Origin: Promethearchaeota archaeon
Lineage (GTDB): Archaea > Asgardarchaeota > Lokiarchaeia > Sigyniarchaeales > SOKP01
Reading direction: 5' to 3'
DNA: 64,000 nucleotides
Assembly (NCBI GenBank): GCA_011364925.1
Contig: RDOA01000002.1
Coordinates: 1 to 64,000, forward strand
The notes under the pieces were generated by a model that was not told the origin of the DNA, made no database searches, and was given only the letters and a program-made list of their open reading frames with translations. The position numbers and the translations under genes were made by a program. Positions within the stretch are counted from its first letter, which is position 1. Each line of letters starts with the position of its first letter. Below are positions 28,411-38,994 of the stretch, in pieces.

Positions 28411-29274
28411 TTATCTTTCTCCTTTAAACGATGTTAATTTTTTGAATGCAAATAATTTATATAAAGGATATTCACCGTTGATATCTGCACCATTTTCTTT
28501 AACATAGGGCATTAAATTTAGCTTTAAGAATTCGATCAATTGGTATGCAATCGTTTCGCAGATATTGGGACAAGCTATAAAATTATCTTTGAGATATTCG
28601 CAATTCCTTCTATAGAGAAAACAGAATTTTTTCATTTGTAAAGTCAATCCTTCGGCTGGGAGCAATCCAATATGTTCCCAAAAATCTTTAAATCCCCCTA
28701 AACGACTTGGAGCTATTTTTTTCAGATCTTCTTTAAGTGAATGTAAGGAATTTAAGGATTTATCGTTGTCAGAATCATATAATCTTCTTTTAAGAAGATT
28801 TAATTCCTTTTTAGCTTCTAGTTTACTTAAGAAAACAAAGATTTGTAAGAGATTTTTAGCCTGTTCTACCTTTTGACAATCGATTATATTCCACCCATCG
28901 GCTTTCTTACACTTTACTTGCTTATTTTCTGGATTCGAAAAACCAGTTGGGTAAATCCAACATTGAGGTGGTTTTATTCCAGAATTATGGATTGCGCAGC
29001 CGTTAATCTCCTTATCAAATAAAAAACATTTTCCTGTTTTTTCATCAAATCGTAATTGAAAAGAAAATATATTACTTCTGATAAAGTCATTTATGGTAGC
29101 ATATCGTCTTTTAACATATTCTTCAGCAAGAACTTTTGGAACATCTATTTTAATGGAACAGCAATCTCCATGACAAATTTGAGGATCGATACAATTCGGA
29201 CCTTCAATCGCTGATTTCATTAACTTGTTAAACTGTGTAACGACTTGCCAGAAGTATTTGTTATTTTGATCCAT
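28411..29274 (-). CDS. YkgJ/CxxCxxCC-family Fe-S or Zn cluster protein
   Basis: Cysteine pattern C....CHGDCC, CFLFD, CAIH and KPPQCWIYP. Confidence 0.75.
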   Translation of the reverse strand: MDQNNKYFWQVVTQFNKLMKSAIEGPNCIDPQICHGDCCSIKIDVPKVLAEEYVKRRYATINDFIRSNIFSFQLRFDEKTGKCFLFDKEINGCAIHNSGIKPPQCWIYPTGFSNPENKQVKCKKADGWNIIDCQKVEQAKNLLQIFVFLSKLEAKKELNLLKRRLYDSDNDKSLNSLHSLKEDLKKIAPSRLGGFKDFWEHIGLLPAEGLTLQMKKFCFLYRRNCEYLKDNFIACPNICETIAYQLIEFLKLNLMPYVKENGADINGEYPLYKLFAFKKLTSFKGER

Positions 29275-29366
29275 AAAGATAGAATTATAATCCTAATATT
29301 TATTTAAAAATTCTCTACTTTAGATAATTAATAGTTTTATTCTTTTCTATAATTTTTTATTCTGAA

Positions 29367-30452
29367 TTGAATATGAAGTGCGTAGAGCGTTATTTAGCGG
29401 TTTACGATGATGACGGGCGTAAAAAGCTCGATAGAGTTCCCACTCATGTTCAATACATTAAAGAAGGATTTATTGAAAAATATAAAAATGTAATTCTGAG
29501 CAACTATAATGGAGCTTTGTTCAAAGACCTCTATTTTGACATCCCAAGAATTTTAGGTTTTGATTCTATTTTTGCTCCTTTTCCTCTGAGTTTTAAATTT
29601 AAATCTATCAAAATTGTTAACGAGAAAGGAAAAAGTGTTAGGATTCGAGAAGACGGGCAAGCAATTAAAACCAAAACAACCTTTTATGAAGGAGGATATA
29701 TTAAAAATTTGGACATCCTAAACGAAATTAAAGCTAATGTGAAAATCATAGATAATAACGAGTTAATCAACAAAACGATATCTCGATGTGAGGATTTATC
29801 ATCCGAAATATTTCCTATTCTAACGGTAGATGGCATTTTCGATCGAGTCTGGAAGAGCATGGGAATGAATGATTTTAGTTACCACTTTAGAAAAAATACA
29901 AACCTCTACAAAGAATTGATTGAATATTTCGCTTCCTTGACGAAAATTAACATCCAAGGCTTGATAGATACAACGGGAGGTAGAGGAAAAGTCGTTACTT
30001 TATTAGATGATGTAGCGTATAAGGGACGACTTATGATTTCTCCCGAAAGATGGGAACAGGATTTTATGCCCTATTACAAAGAAATCAATGCTATCTTATC
30101 AGATGCTAATATAATTTCCCAAATACATACTGATGGAGACGCTACAGAATTAATTCCTTCCCTTATGAAAACAGGATTTCAAGGTTTACAAGGTTTCGAG
30201 GGAGGTTGCAATCCAAGTCAAATAAATGAAAAATTTCCTGAGTTCGTTGTTATTGGCTTTGGAGATGTGTCCTACACGTTACCGTATGGTACACCAGACG
30301 AAATCAAAAGTCATGTAAAAACTCTACTGGATATATTGAAAGATAATAGGCATTTCATTATCGGACCAAGTACAGTTGTTTTTAAAGAGATTCCATTGCA
30401 AAATATAATTAAGTTTATAGAGGTTGTAAAACAATTCGGAAAATACGATTAA
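29367..30452 (+). CDS. uroporphyrinogen decarboxylase / MtaA-like family protein
   Basis: Motifs DDVAYKGRLMISP, HTDG, LPYGTPDEIK and FIIGPS. Confidence 0.85.
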   Translation: MNMKCVERYLAVYDDDGRKKLDRVPTHVQYIKEGFIEKYKNVILSNYNGALFKDLYFDIPRILGFDSIFAPFPLSFKFKSIKIVNEKGKSVRIREDGQAIKTKTTFYEGGYIKNLDILNEIKANVKIIDNNELINKTISRCEDLSSEIFPILTVDGIFDRVWKSMGMNDFSYHFRKNTNLYKELIEYFASLTKINIQGLIDTTGGRGKVVTLLDDVAYKGRLMISPERWEQDFMPYYKEINAILSDANIISQIHTDGDATELIPSLMKTGFQGLQGFEGGCNPSQINEKFPEFVVIGFGDVSYTLPYGTPDEIKSHVKTLLDILKDNRHFIIGPSTVVFKEIPLQNIIKFIEVVKQFGKYD

Positions 30453-32026
30453 GACATCTCGATTTTAACATCGATTAGCTTCTCAAGTTTTTTTGAAGTT
30501 TCTGAAAATTTTAGATCCCAACTCTCTTTTTCTGGGTTATTATCCTGCAATTGGTTTACATTTTCGATACCATTCTCAATTATTTGTCCCCAAGTTTCAT
30601 ATTCAACTCTATCTTTTACAAACTGGAGAGGGGGTTTAGCTAGAATTCCAATTAATTTCATTAGTAAAAGTCTAATTCTTACGCGACCTCCGTTTTTAAA
30701 CCGTTGCAGCCGTGTGCTATTTTTTAACCGGTCATACACGTGTGCGAGAAGCATTCGCAACCCTATGGCTATACTTAATGGTATCGGATTATTCCAGAGT
30801 CGGAACTCGGCTAAGCGATATTCGGGGGTTAATGTTAATAAAATTTTAATTGTTAACAAGAAATTAAAAAACTGTTGAGGGAATCTTTCCCAAATAGTAG
30901 TAATATGTTCTAATAAAAGAGTTTGTTCGTCTTCTTTTAATTTATTATGGATGTTAGAAACTTCGGGTAGATATCTTTTAATTAAGTTATTTCTTTCCCT
31001 TAAATATCTGGGATCTTTAATGCCCTTTTGCTCCTTCATTTGATTAAAAAAATCCATGATCTTCTCTAAGGACATCATCACATTTCTTAAGAAATTAATT
31101 TTTCTTTTTCTATGTTCTTTGTCAATTGATTGGTTCATAAATTCGACGATAGCATTATGAATGCTCAAGTCATAAATTTCATACGAAATATCTTTTGAAT
31201 AAGGTTTCAATCTAACTTCATCTAACACATTAGAGTTATAATTAACAGTAATGTTTCCCTTTAGATTTGATATTTTTGGGTTTCTTTTGGTATGTATTTC
31301 AGTAATCGCTTCAAGCTCTATATCAGTAACAAGTTTCAACTCGTCAAGTTCAAGTTGAGTTATTAAGGGGGTAAATCGAACTTGTAAATACTTTCTCCCA
31401 AAAAATTCGTCTCCAAATCGTATGATCCGAGTATACGTTTGAAGATAGTTTTCTCCAATAGGAGCAAATAACACTCCTTCGGAATCTAATTGTTCTAACA
31501 AGGGATATATTCTTTCCTGCGTTATTGCACCAGTTACGAGGATCTTTTTCCAAGGGCATAACTCGGGAAATCCTTCAAGTGGATTTTTTACAATAACTTC
31601 AATATCTCCATCGATATTTTGATTGTTCAAGTTATTTGCTGTAATCTTAGCTATTTTTGAATTAGCTTCCAATATTACAATCTTACCATTTGGAGCTAAC
31701 TTATGTGCTAAGGTTGCAATGTATCCGCTTTTAGCTCCTAAAATAAGGAGATTGTCATTTTCGTTCAAAATTAAGTTTTGTAGCATGATTGAAATCATAT
31801 GAGGAGCTGAGATCGTCCTAATAGATGTTGGGTTCTCTCTTTCTAGGTAAAACAAAGCTGGGGCATCATCGTAAAGTCTTACTTGGTTTAGTACTTCATT
31901 AGGTATAAAGTCCTTTAAAGGAACATCTAAAAACGCTTTAAATAATCTTATATCTTTTAGATACCCATTGAAATGGAGCGAGAACAATAATTGTATCTTT
32001 AGCCTAATTAATCTCCGATCTTCCAT
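30449..32026 (-). CDS. protein-L-isoaspartate O-methyltransferase-like domain with long C-terminal helical extension
   Basis: Motifs TISAPHM, LILGAKSGY, PWKKILVTGA, LLEQL...APIG and VRFTPL. Confidence 0.75.
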   Translation of the reverse strand: MEDRRLIRLKIQLLFSLHFNGYLKDIRLFKAFLDVPLKDFIPNEVLNQVRLYDDAPALFYLERENPTSIRTISAPHMISIMLQNLILNENDNLLILGAKSGYIATLAHKLAPNGKIVILEANSKIAKITANNLNNQNIDGDIEVIVKNPLEGFPELCPWKKILVTGAITQERIYPLLEQLDSEGVLFAPIGENYLQTYTRIIRFGDEFFGRKYLQVRFTPLITQLELDELKLVTDIELEAITEIHTKRNPKISNLKGNITVNYNSNVLDEVRLKPYSKDISYEIYDLSIHNAIVEFMNQSIDKEHRKRKINFLRNVMMSLEKIMDFFNQMKEQKGIKDPRYLRERNNLIKRYLPEVSNIHNKLKEDEQTLLLEHITTIWERFPQQFFNFLLTIKILLTLTPEYRLAEFRLWNNPIPLSIAIGLRMLLAHVYDRLKNSTRLQRFKNGGRVRIRLLLMKLIGILAKPPLQFVKDRVEYETWGQIIENGIENVNQLQDNNPEKESWDLKFSETSKKLEKLIDVKIEMS

Positions 32027-32122
32027 ATTATCAACAAAATAATGATAAATTTTAGTACTTAAATACCTTTTTATATTAAATTATTATAAAGTACTAATTC
32101 TGTTACATTCGGTTCGTGAATT

Positions 32123-32701
32123 ATGTTTATTCTAGATGCATCTAATATTAAAGAGGCAAGGATAACAATATTTCTAATTTCTATCAATGTATTCTTATAT
32201 GTTTTTTTTTTATTTACATCTGAGGATGTGGTTTTCCTTTTTGTTCAAATTAACAGTAGAATAATATACGATTTAGAGATATGGCGCCTTTTTACGGCGA
32301 TGTTCTTACATGGAGACGCTCTCCACCTCTTTTCTAACATGATAGCGCTTTTAATTTTTGGGGCATATATTGAGTCAAATTATTCTAAATATCAATTTGT
32401 CACAATTTATTTCTTGTCTGGGTTGATGGGGAATATTTTCTCAGTGATATTATTACCTCCATATACAATAAGCCTTGGAGCATCGGGTGCGATATTTGGT
32501 TTAATTGGTGCGGCGTTTTTAATAATAATTCTTCGGCGAGATACTCCTCTAATCTTCATCGGATTACTCTACGTTTTCTATTTTATATTTTCATCCTTCT
32601 CTCCTCAAATTAACTATTTTGCTCACATTTTTGGTTTAATTGGAGGATTCATACTCGGATATCTTTTTAAGAGGAGTAAAAATTATTTTAAGAGATACTA
32701 A
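32123..32701 (+). CDS. rhomboid family intramembrane serine protease
   Basis: Motifs WRLFTAMFLH, HLFSNM, GASGA and AHIFG. Confidence 0.93.
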   Translation: MFILDASNIKEARITIFLISINVFLYVFFLFTSEDVVFLFVQINSRIIYDLEIWRLFTAMFLHGDALHLFSNMIALLIFGAYIESNYSKYQFVTIYFLSGLMGNIFSVILLPPYTISLGASGAIFGLIGAAFLIIILRRDTPLIFIGLLYVFYFIFSSFSPQINYFAHIFGLIGGFILGYLFKRSKNYFKRY

Positions 32702-32703
32702 GA

Positions 32704-33369
32704 TTATTTTTTATTCTTATTCTTTTTTCGAGCTAATTCCATAGAGAAGTCTTTCTTACATAATGTCTCGATCGGACACAGATCGCATTTGGGACGACTT
32801 GGAAGACAAACCTCTTGACCAAATCGGACAAATAACCTGTTTACACGAATCCATTGATTTTTGGGGATAAGTTCTTTCAGCGCTTTTTCCGTTTCTTCGG
32901 GTATTTTTGTTTTTACCCATCCTAATCTATTTGGAATTCTATGCACGTGAGTGTCTACAGGAATTGCTGGAATTTTGAAAGCATACACTAAAACACAATT
33001 TGCAGTTTTTGCTCCAACACCAGGTAGCGATAATAACTCTTCAAAATCGTCCGGAACGATACCATCATATTTATTATTGATTATTTGGGAAACTTCTTTA
33101 ATTCGAGCGGCTTTTACCTTGTAAAATCCTGCTTTAAAGATCAATTTTTCTAATTCTTCTACCTCAGCATTTGCTATAAGTTCTGGAGTATCATATTTTG
33201 CGAATAAGGTCCTTGTCGCTTCCTCTGTGTTTAAATCTCTCGTTCTAGCCGATAAAATCGTGGAAATTAGAATTTTAAATGGGTCTTGCTTTTTTCGTGC
33301 TAGTTGATCCAAATGAGCTTCGCCCGTTAATGACGAATTGATTATATCTAAGATCTCTTTATAACTCAT
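32704..33369 (-). CDS. nth: endonuclease III
   Basis: Motifs LISTILSART, LPGVGAKTA, VDTHV and the 4Fe-4S pattern C......C..C.....C. Confidence 0.93.
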   Translation of the reverse strand: MSYKEILDIINSSLTGEAHLDQLARKKQDPFKILISTILSARTRDLNTEEATRTLFAKYDTPELIANAEVEELEKLIFKAGFYKVKAARIKEVSQIINNKYDGIVPDDFEELLSLPGVGAKTANCVLVYAFKIPAIPVDTHVHRIPNRLGWVKTKIPEETEKALKELIPKNQWIRVNRLFVRFGQEVCLPSRPKCDLCPIETLCKKDFSMELARKKNKNKK

Positions 33370-33381
33370 CAGTTTAACAAA

Positions 33382-34785
33382 TTAATTTTCTTTTTCAAAA
33401 ACATATATTTTTCTTTTAACAATCTGTCCTTTTTTGGCATCTATCATAGTATTTACATTTTTTCGCTGAAATTGAAGCTTTTGATTAGATTTATTTGCTA
33501 TTCGATTCAAATCCAGTAATAATATATGGTTGAAATTATATTTCTTTGCAAGTTCTTCGACGTTAAGCGTAAGATCACCACCATCAACAGTACTGATAAT
33601 TGGTGCAACAATACTGATTCTTGCTTTTGGTTTTAATACTTTATAAGCTTCTCGAAAAGTAGCTTCAAATATTGGTACTAGTTTTGAATCGATTAATTCT
33701 TTTGTTTCAGTATAATAAGGTTTTTGATTGTAAAATGGCCCCAATTCAGGCTCGCTTGCTATTCCATCGAATTTTTCCGAACCAAAAATAGAAGACAACT
33801 TGGTAATATCCGTTTGTCTAATTTGTTCATTTAACAAGAATGGGATTGGTTCGTCAAGTTCGTTTAATAACCAGTTAAGATTACGTATGGTGTTTTTTAC
33901 TTTAATATCGTCAATATCAGAACCATATATCTGAAATTCTTCAATTAATGCAAACAATAAAATGGTACCATTACCTACGAATGGATCTAAAATCTTTTTT
34001 TTCTCTCTTTCCTCGAATAAATTCAAGAAATTTAACATAATTAAAGCTAATTTTGGTGAAATGGCGCTTTTAAACTCCTTAAAAGGCCTTTCTTCATCGA
34101 TTTTCTTCTTAAAGTTTGGATCATCGCAAGTTAATGTTCTCGCAATATAAAAACCTTCTTCAGTGAGTCCAAAAATTATTTCTGCTCTATCTTTATTGAA
34201 TAATCCGTATTTAATGATATGGTGTGGGAAGATTGGATTAAGGTTACCCGATTTGATATTTTCCTCTGGATATTGATAATAGAGCGATTTTTTAGCCCCT
34301 AATTCAATTACTAATGCCATAATTTCCTTATTTAAAAAGGGAAGAAAATGTTTTACTAATACTTCCGAATAATACGCGTCATCGTATAGATTAGGATAAA
34401 TCGAAACCGCAAAGAAAATACTTTCATTTTTAATATTTGTAAAAATTTTTGGAAGAGAATCACGCATAACTCCGTTAATTTTATTTCTTTCAGTTTCTAT
34501 TAGTTTAAATTTCTCAACTTTAAGAGGGAATGCTTTAAACATCGTCTGAATGTCAACAAAATCGTAAATCTCTGCAATTTTTTGACATCCACCCAATAAG
34601 TATTGAACTTCCATTAAATCGTTTATGTAATACTTGTTTTTATGTAAAGTTTCAAACTCTACAATTGCAATGTTAGCAGAATAGTCTGTAATTCGTCCTT
34701 TTATTTGCGAGTTCTTCAAAAAATTATCGAGTTCAGCTAAAGACAATTGCCAATTTGATCCTAAAACAAATAAGAATCGATTCAT
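33382..34785 (-). CDS. Trm11/TrmG10-like tRNA methyltransferase
   Basis: Motifs ERPF..AISPKLA.IMLN, LDPFVGNGTIL, GSDID and ASEP.LG. Confidence 0.7.
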   Translation of the reverse strand: MNRFLFVLGSNWQLSLAELDNFLKNSQIKGRITDYSANIAIVEFETLHKNKYYINDLMEVQYLLGGCQKIAEIYDFVDIQTMFKAFPLKVEKFKLIETERNKINGVMRDSLPKIFTNIKNESIFFAVSIYPNLYDDAYYSEVLVKHFLPFLNKEIMALVIELGAKKSLYYQYPEENIKSGNLNPIFPHHIIKYGLFNKDRAEIIFGLTEEGFYIARTLTCDDPNFKKKIDEERPFKEFKSAISPKLALIMLNFLNLFEEREKKKILDPFVGNGTILLFALIEEFQIYGSDIDDIKVKNTIRNLNWLLNELDEPIPFLLNEQIRQTDITKLSSIFGSEKFDGIASEPELGPFYNQKPYYTETKELIDSKLVPIFEATFREAYKVLKPKARISIVAPIISTVDGGDLTLNVEELAKKYNFNHILLLDLNRIANKSNQKLQFQRKNVNTMIDAKKGQIVKRKIYVFEKEN

Positions 34786-34860
34786 AATGCTTCAAAAATA
34801 GAGTTCTTGGTTTTGAAAAACGAAGCATTTTATTTTTAGTTTTAGATTACGATTAATAAG

Positions 34861-36117
34861 TTATTTAAGATCTAAAACATATCTTACTATTTTTATAATG
34901 TCTGCTTTATGAACATTATTAGGTAGATTTATTTCGTGCTTTTTACAAAAATCTTTTAGTTCTTTTACGGTTAAAGTATTCAGATCTTCAGGCAACTCCT
35001 CAACTAACTCAAGCAACTCTTCATCTTTCATTTCTTCCTCGGTAATATTACGTTCATATTTTTCTCCTGAGATATCCTCTATTGCACTTATGATATCCTC
35101 TAAGTCTTCTTTTGTCCTCTTAGGAATTAAAGTGATTACTTTTTCTTCTTCCACTACTTCAGGAATTTTTTTTGGTTGACTACTTATTTGGTATCTATCA
35201 AATCGTTTGTCCTTTAGTTCTTTCATAATGGTTTTATAATTATCTTTAAAATACTTCAAACTAACATTCAATACATCTGAGAAATTGTCCCATTTCTTTC
35301 TTTTAACAAGTGAATCTGCCCAGTGAAATAAATCTCTTTGAATATCGACTGTTATTACCTTTCCTTCTGCTGTAACATCTAAAGTGAGCCAACGTAATAT
35401 ATTGGCTATAATTAAATCGTTATCAAACGCAGAAAATCCGTATTCTCTTCCAAGTGACGAGAATATAGAAAGCGTTCCAAACGCAACTACTTGACCGTTA
35501 TAATACTCGGATGTTAACATTAATGGGATTTTAGGGCAATCCTCTTCGAGCCATTCATTACCATCGAAATATTTTCTCCAACAATTTAGACCTCCTCTTA
35601 CCAAGACTTCAATTTTTATATCTTTTTCTTTTTCTCCAAGCTTTAGTGTACCTAATGAACATGTGTTTGATAAAACGATTTTTTGAACATTTTCCGTGAT
35701 GTAATGAGGTTTAAAATCAGATAATAATGGTCTCTTCTGCAAATTAACGTAATTAACTGAATCGTTAATTTCATCTGCCATGAACTCAAATCCAAAATTT
35801 CGTGTTAACTCGTTGATATTTGTTCTATTGATGTATTCTCCTCCTCGAGAACCTACGATAAGTAAACTTCCCCCAGTTCTTACATATTCCTCTAATACTT
35901 CTATTTCTTTTGGAGTTAAGTTGATATTTTTAGGTATTGACATTACAATAGCACTATAATTTTTCACTTTTTCCAATGAATGGAATCCCGCTTCAATTTT
36001 CCCTAATTTATAAGCAGACGTAAATAGGAACTGTGTGAAATCCGCATAACTCGAAGCTTCAAGTGATAGCATGTTGTTATGGCTATAGTCTAAACCTACA
36101 AAAATATCGCTATTCAA
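34861..36117 (-). CDS. GIFT/DUF4350-like (class I glutamine-amidotransferase-like) domain protein with C-terminal SAP/HeH motif
   Basis: N-terminal EIEVLEEYVRTGGSLLIVG.RGG....TNINEL...FG, and C-terminal LNTLTVKELKDFCKKHEI....KADII. Confidence 0.6.
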   Translation of the reverse strand: MNSDIFVGLDYSHNNMLSLEASSYADFTQFLFTSAYKLGKIEAGFHSLEKVKNYSAIVMSIPKNINLTPKEIEVLEEYVRTGGSLLIVGSRGGEYINRTNINELTRNFGFEFMADEINDSVNYVNLQKRPLLSDFKPHYITENVQKIVLSNTCSLGTLKLGEKEKDIKIEVLVRGGLNCWRKYFDGNEWLEEDCPKIPLMLTSEYYNGQVVAFGTLSIFSSLGREYGFSAFDNDLIIANILRWLTLDVTAEGKVITVDIQRDLFHWADSLVKRKKWDNFSDVLNVSLKYFKDNYKTIMKELKDKRFDRYQISSQPKKIPEVVEEEKVITLIPKRTKEDLEDIISAIEDISGEKYERNITEEEMKDEELLELVEELPEDLNTLTVKELKDFCKKHEINLPNNVHKADIIKIVRYVLDLK

Positions 36118-36281
36118 AATAAATCATCCTAATTTTAAGTGCCTTCAAAAATATAATAATTTCTACTTTTATATATTTACAGTATGTTTCTCACTTTTCG
36201 ACTCAATTCGTATTCTATTTAAATATACATTAATGCAATTTTAGAGAAAAAACTAGTCATAATAAATAAAAAAAAAAGGAT

Positions 36282-37370
36282 TTAAATTTTAATCTTTATG
36301 TCCCATTTAGCTAAAAGCATAGCGATTCCTGCTTCAATTGCGATTGGTAGAACTCCCACAAGGATCATGACTATAAAGGGATTCGCAACACGTAGCTCTG
36401 CTCCAAAAAGACCTATCGCAAGATCGAACACGAATGTGAATATAAACAAGAGTAACATATTTCTACCCATTTCTGAAAGCACTGGTACTTTAAACTCCAA
36501 TTTTTCAAAACCGTAGAAAACTGCGATTAAGAAGCCAGACGTTGCAATTGCTAAACAAGCAAGGGAAGTTGTCGCGTCGTGATGTTCCGCTGGCTGGATC
36601 CAATCAAAACAATAGAAAATAATTATGAAAATTGTAGATACTGGTAATATTCTCTTTTTAAAACCAACTTTAGGGTCATTGGAGTCCATTTTATACCATT
36701 GAGAGAAACAAGTCGCCGCAATAGCAATAGCGGCATGGTTCAAAGAATTAAACGGAAAAGGAATAGTTCCGCCACCAAATCCCTTGTGTTCGAATACTGG
36801 AAGTGTATACAAAACTGCGTGAATAATCAAGATTCCAAGACTTACACATAATCTCTTGTCAGCACTCTTAGGCATCAAATAAGTGAGTAAATATGCAGCA
36901 AAACTCCCTATTGCTATATTTGCTAAAGTACCATACCATAATACTTCATCCCACGGAATTCCATCACCAGAAAGTAAACCTCCAAATAATCCATTAACTA
37001 AAAATGCTAGACAATATAATATTGCCACGCGTATAATTCCGTGTTTCCAAGCAGCTCTAACGCCCTTTTTTTCTCTTCTACTTGTAAAAGCTAAATAAGC
37101 AACAAAACCTAAAACAAACATAAAAATTTGCTGACCGATGTCAATAATAGTAATTAAAGCAGGATTTCCGTTGTAATATTTAAAACCATGGTTTAAAAGA
37201 GGAGGTCCTACTGGAGGAATGGAACCTGGAAAATTACCTGATAATGGCCAAGTAATCACCGATATAATGAGGAAAATTATAATCAATCCTCGAAATTGAT
37301 CTAACCACTCGTACCGCACATGCAATTTCTTCTTATTTAATTTTTCTTCTTTAGTTGCTTCTTCTGTCAT
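36282..37370 (-). CDS. membrane acyltransferase, HGSNAT/DUF5009-like
   Basis: RYEWLDQFRGLII and ITIIDI...FMFVLG motifs, with multiple TM helices. Confidence 0.7.
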   Translation of the reverse strand: MTEEATKEEKLNKKKLHVRYEWLDQFRGLIIIFLIISVITWPLSGNFPGSIPPVGPPLLNHGFKYYNGNPALITIIDIGQQIFMFVLGFVAYLAFTSRREKKGVRAAWKHGIIRVAILYCLAFLVNGLFGGLLSGDGIPWDEVLWYGTLANIAIGSFAAYLLTYLMPKSADKRLCVSLGILIIHAVLYTLPVFEHKGFGGGTIPFPFNSLNHAAIAIAATCFSQWYKMDSNDPKVGFKKRILPVSTIFIIIFYCFDWIQPAEHHDATTSLACLAIATSGFLIAVFYGFEKLEFKVPVLSEMGRNMLLLFIFTFVFDLAIGLFGAELRVANPFIVMILVGVLPIAIEAGIAMLLAKWDIKIKI

Positions 37371-37527
37371 TTTATATCAAATTTCCATTTGATTTCAGTT
37401 TATAAAAGTAAATTTTGTATTTACTAGTTTCGATGCTTTTACATTTAAAAGTATCTCCTCAAAAAAGAGTAAACTTATTATAAGATTAGAACGAAATAAA
37501 ATTATTTTAATAGATTATTAAAAAAGC

Positions 37528-38994
37528 GTGGTAAATATGAAGAAAAGAGAGTTGGTTTCTATATTTTTCTTATTATCATTAATTCTTATCATTATAATGG
37601 ACAGTGCTCTATTTCTACCCAACGAAATATTAATTATTGCTGATTTGGGAATACAAATTAATGCCATTGGTATTATTATAAGCATTTATACAATTGTAAA
37701 CGGTATCTCTATTTTAGTGTTTGGTTATTTAACCGATACGATTGATAGAAGGAAAATTTTAATCTTAGCAGGAGCAATGTGGTCAATTACGGCAATATTG
37801 CACCTCTTTGTCGAACAATTTTGGCAGTTGCTCCTTGTCAGAATTGTAGCAGCTATCGCAGTAAGTGTAACTACTCCGCTTGTAGTTTCGTATTTATCTG
37901 ATATAATCTCGTCAGATTCTCGCTCAAAATCTTTCGCATTTTGGGGTTTGGTATCAAATATTGGGACATTAGCAGCAGCAGTATTAGCGTTAGCATTTAA
38001 TGTAATTAATTTCGAAGCTATACCTGAGATATATACGACGCTTCCCCAACAAGTCGGTTATATTGTACTTACATATCCAAATGAGCTTTATACTTGGCGT
38101 TTACCCTATTTTTATCTTGGGATTATTGCTCTTATCTTAACAGCTTTTAATTTCTTCGTTACCATAGAGCCTAAAAGGGGAGCAAAAGAAAAACAATTTA
38201 AAAAAGTTTTTTTAGATGATAGCTTCCGTTATTCCTACAAAATTAAATTTTCAGATTTAAAATTCATCTTCAAAAGGAAGTCAAACTTCTTCCTTATATT
38301 TAACTTCTTTGATGTGATTGCTTCAGGATTAATATTAGCTTATCTTTTCCCATATATTAATGTTGATCTTCGCGCTAATGTAAGTAATATCAAAATTATT
38401 ATTCTATTTCTTTTTATAATAATCATGGGGTTAATTGTTGGACAATTTTGGCTTGCTCATTGGGGAGATAAAAGGGTTAAGCGAGGAGATCTTTCCGGAA
38501 GGGTAAAAGTCGCAGTTATTTGTTCGATTTTGAATTTACCATTCTTTTTAATTGGATTTGCTATGACTCCCAACATTGCAAATTCAACTTTTTTCTTTGG
38601 AATTTTAGCGGTCAATGAAATTGAATTTTGGGTTTTATGGCTAGTCTATTGTACACTCCTTGGTTTAGGTCTTGCTTTTACTATGGGAATTGGTCCCAAT
38701 TGGTATAGTTCTCTTATCGATGTTAATTTTCCGGAGAACCGAGGTACTATGGTTGCCGTTGGATCTTTTGTTGATTCTATAGGGCGAGCTTTAGGGGCAG
38801 CAATAGGAGGTTTCATGTATACTTTCACAGGAAGTTTTTCTGCTACTATCTTTTGGTCGCTTCTAATATTTGGGATATTCTCAACTTGTCTTTGGATTCC
38901 GCTTTTCTTTACCGCTAAGAAAGATTATTTAGCAATTAACAAAGAAATGGAGTTAAGAGCGTTATCACTAAGCAAAAGACAAACTGAAGCCTAA
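37528..38994 (+). CDS. MFS transporter (spinster-like)
   Basis: Motif A FGYLTDTIDRRK, DVNFPENRG and about 12 TM segments. Confidence 0.88.
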   Translation: MVNMKKRELVSIFFLLSLILIIIMDSALFLPNEILIIADLGIQINAIGIIISIYTIVNGISILVFGYLTDTIDRRKILILAGAMWSITAILHLFVEQFWQLLLVRIVAAIAVSVTTPLVVSYLSDIISSDSRSKSFAFWGLVSNIGTLAAAVLALAFNVINFEAIPEIYTTLPQQVGYIVLTYPNELYTWRLPYFYLGIIALILTAFNFFVTIEPKRGAKEKQFKKVFLDDSFRYSYKIKFSDLKFIFKRKSNFFLIFNFFDVIASGLILAYLFPYINVDLRANVSNIKIIILFLFIIIMGLIVGQFWLAHWGDKRVKRGDLSGRVKVAVICSILNLPFFLIGFAMTPNIANSTFFFGILAVNEIEFWVLWLVYCTLLGLGLAFTMGIGPNWYSSLIDVNFPENRGTMVAVGSFVDSIGRALGAAIGGFMYTFTGSFSATIFWSLLIFGIFSTCLWIPLFFTAKKDYLAINKEMELRALSLSKRQTEA

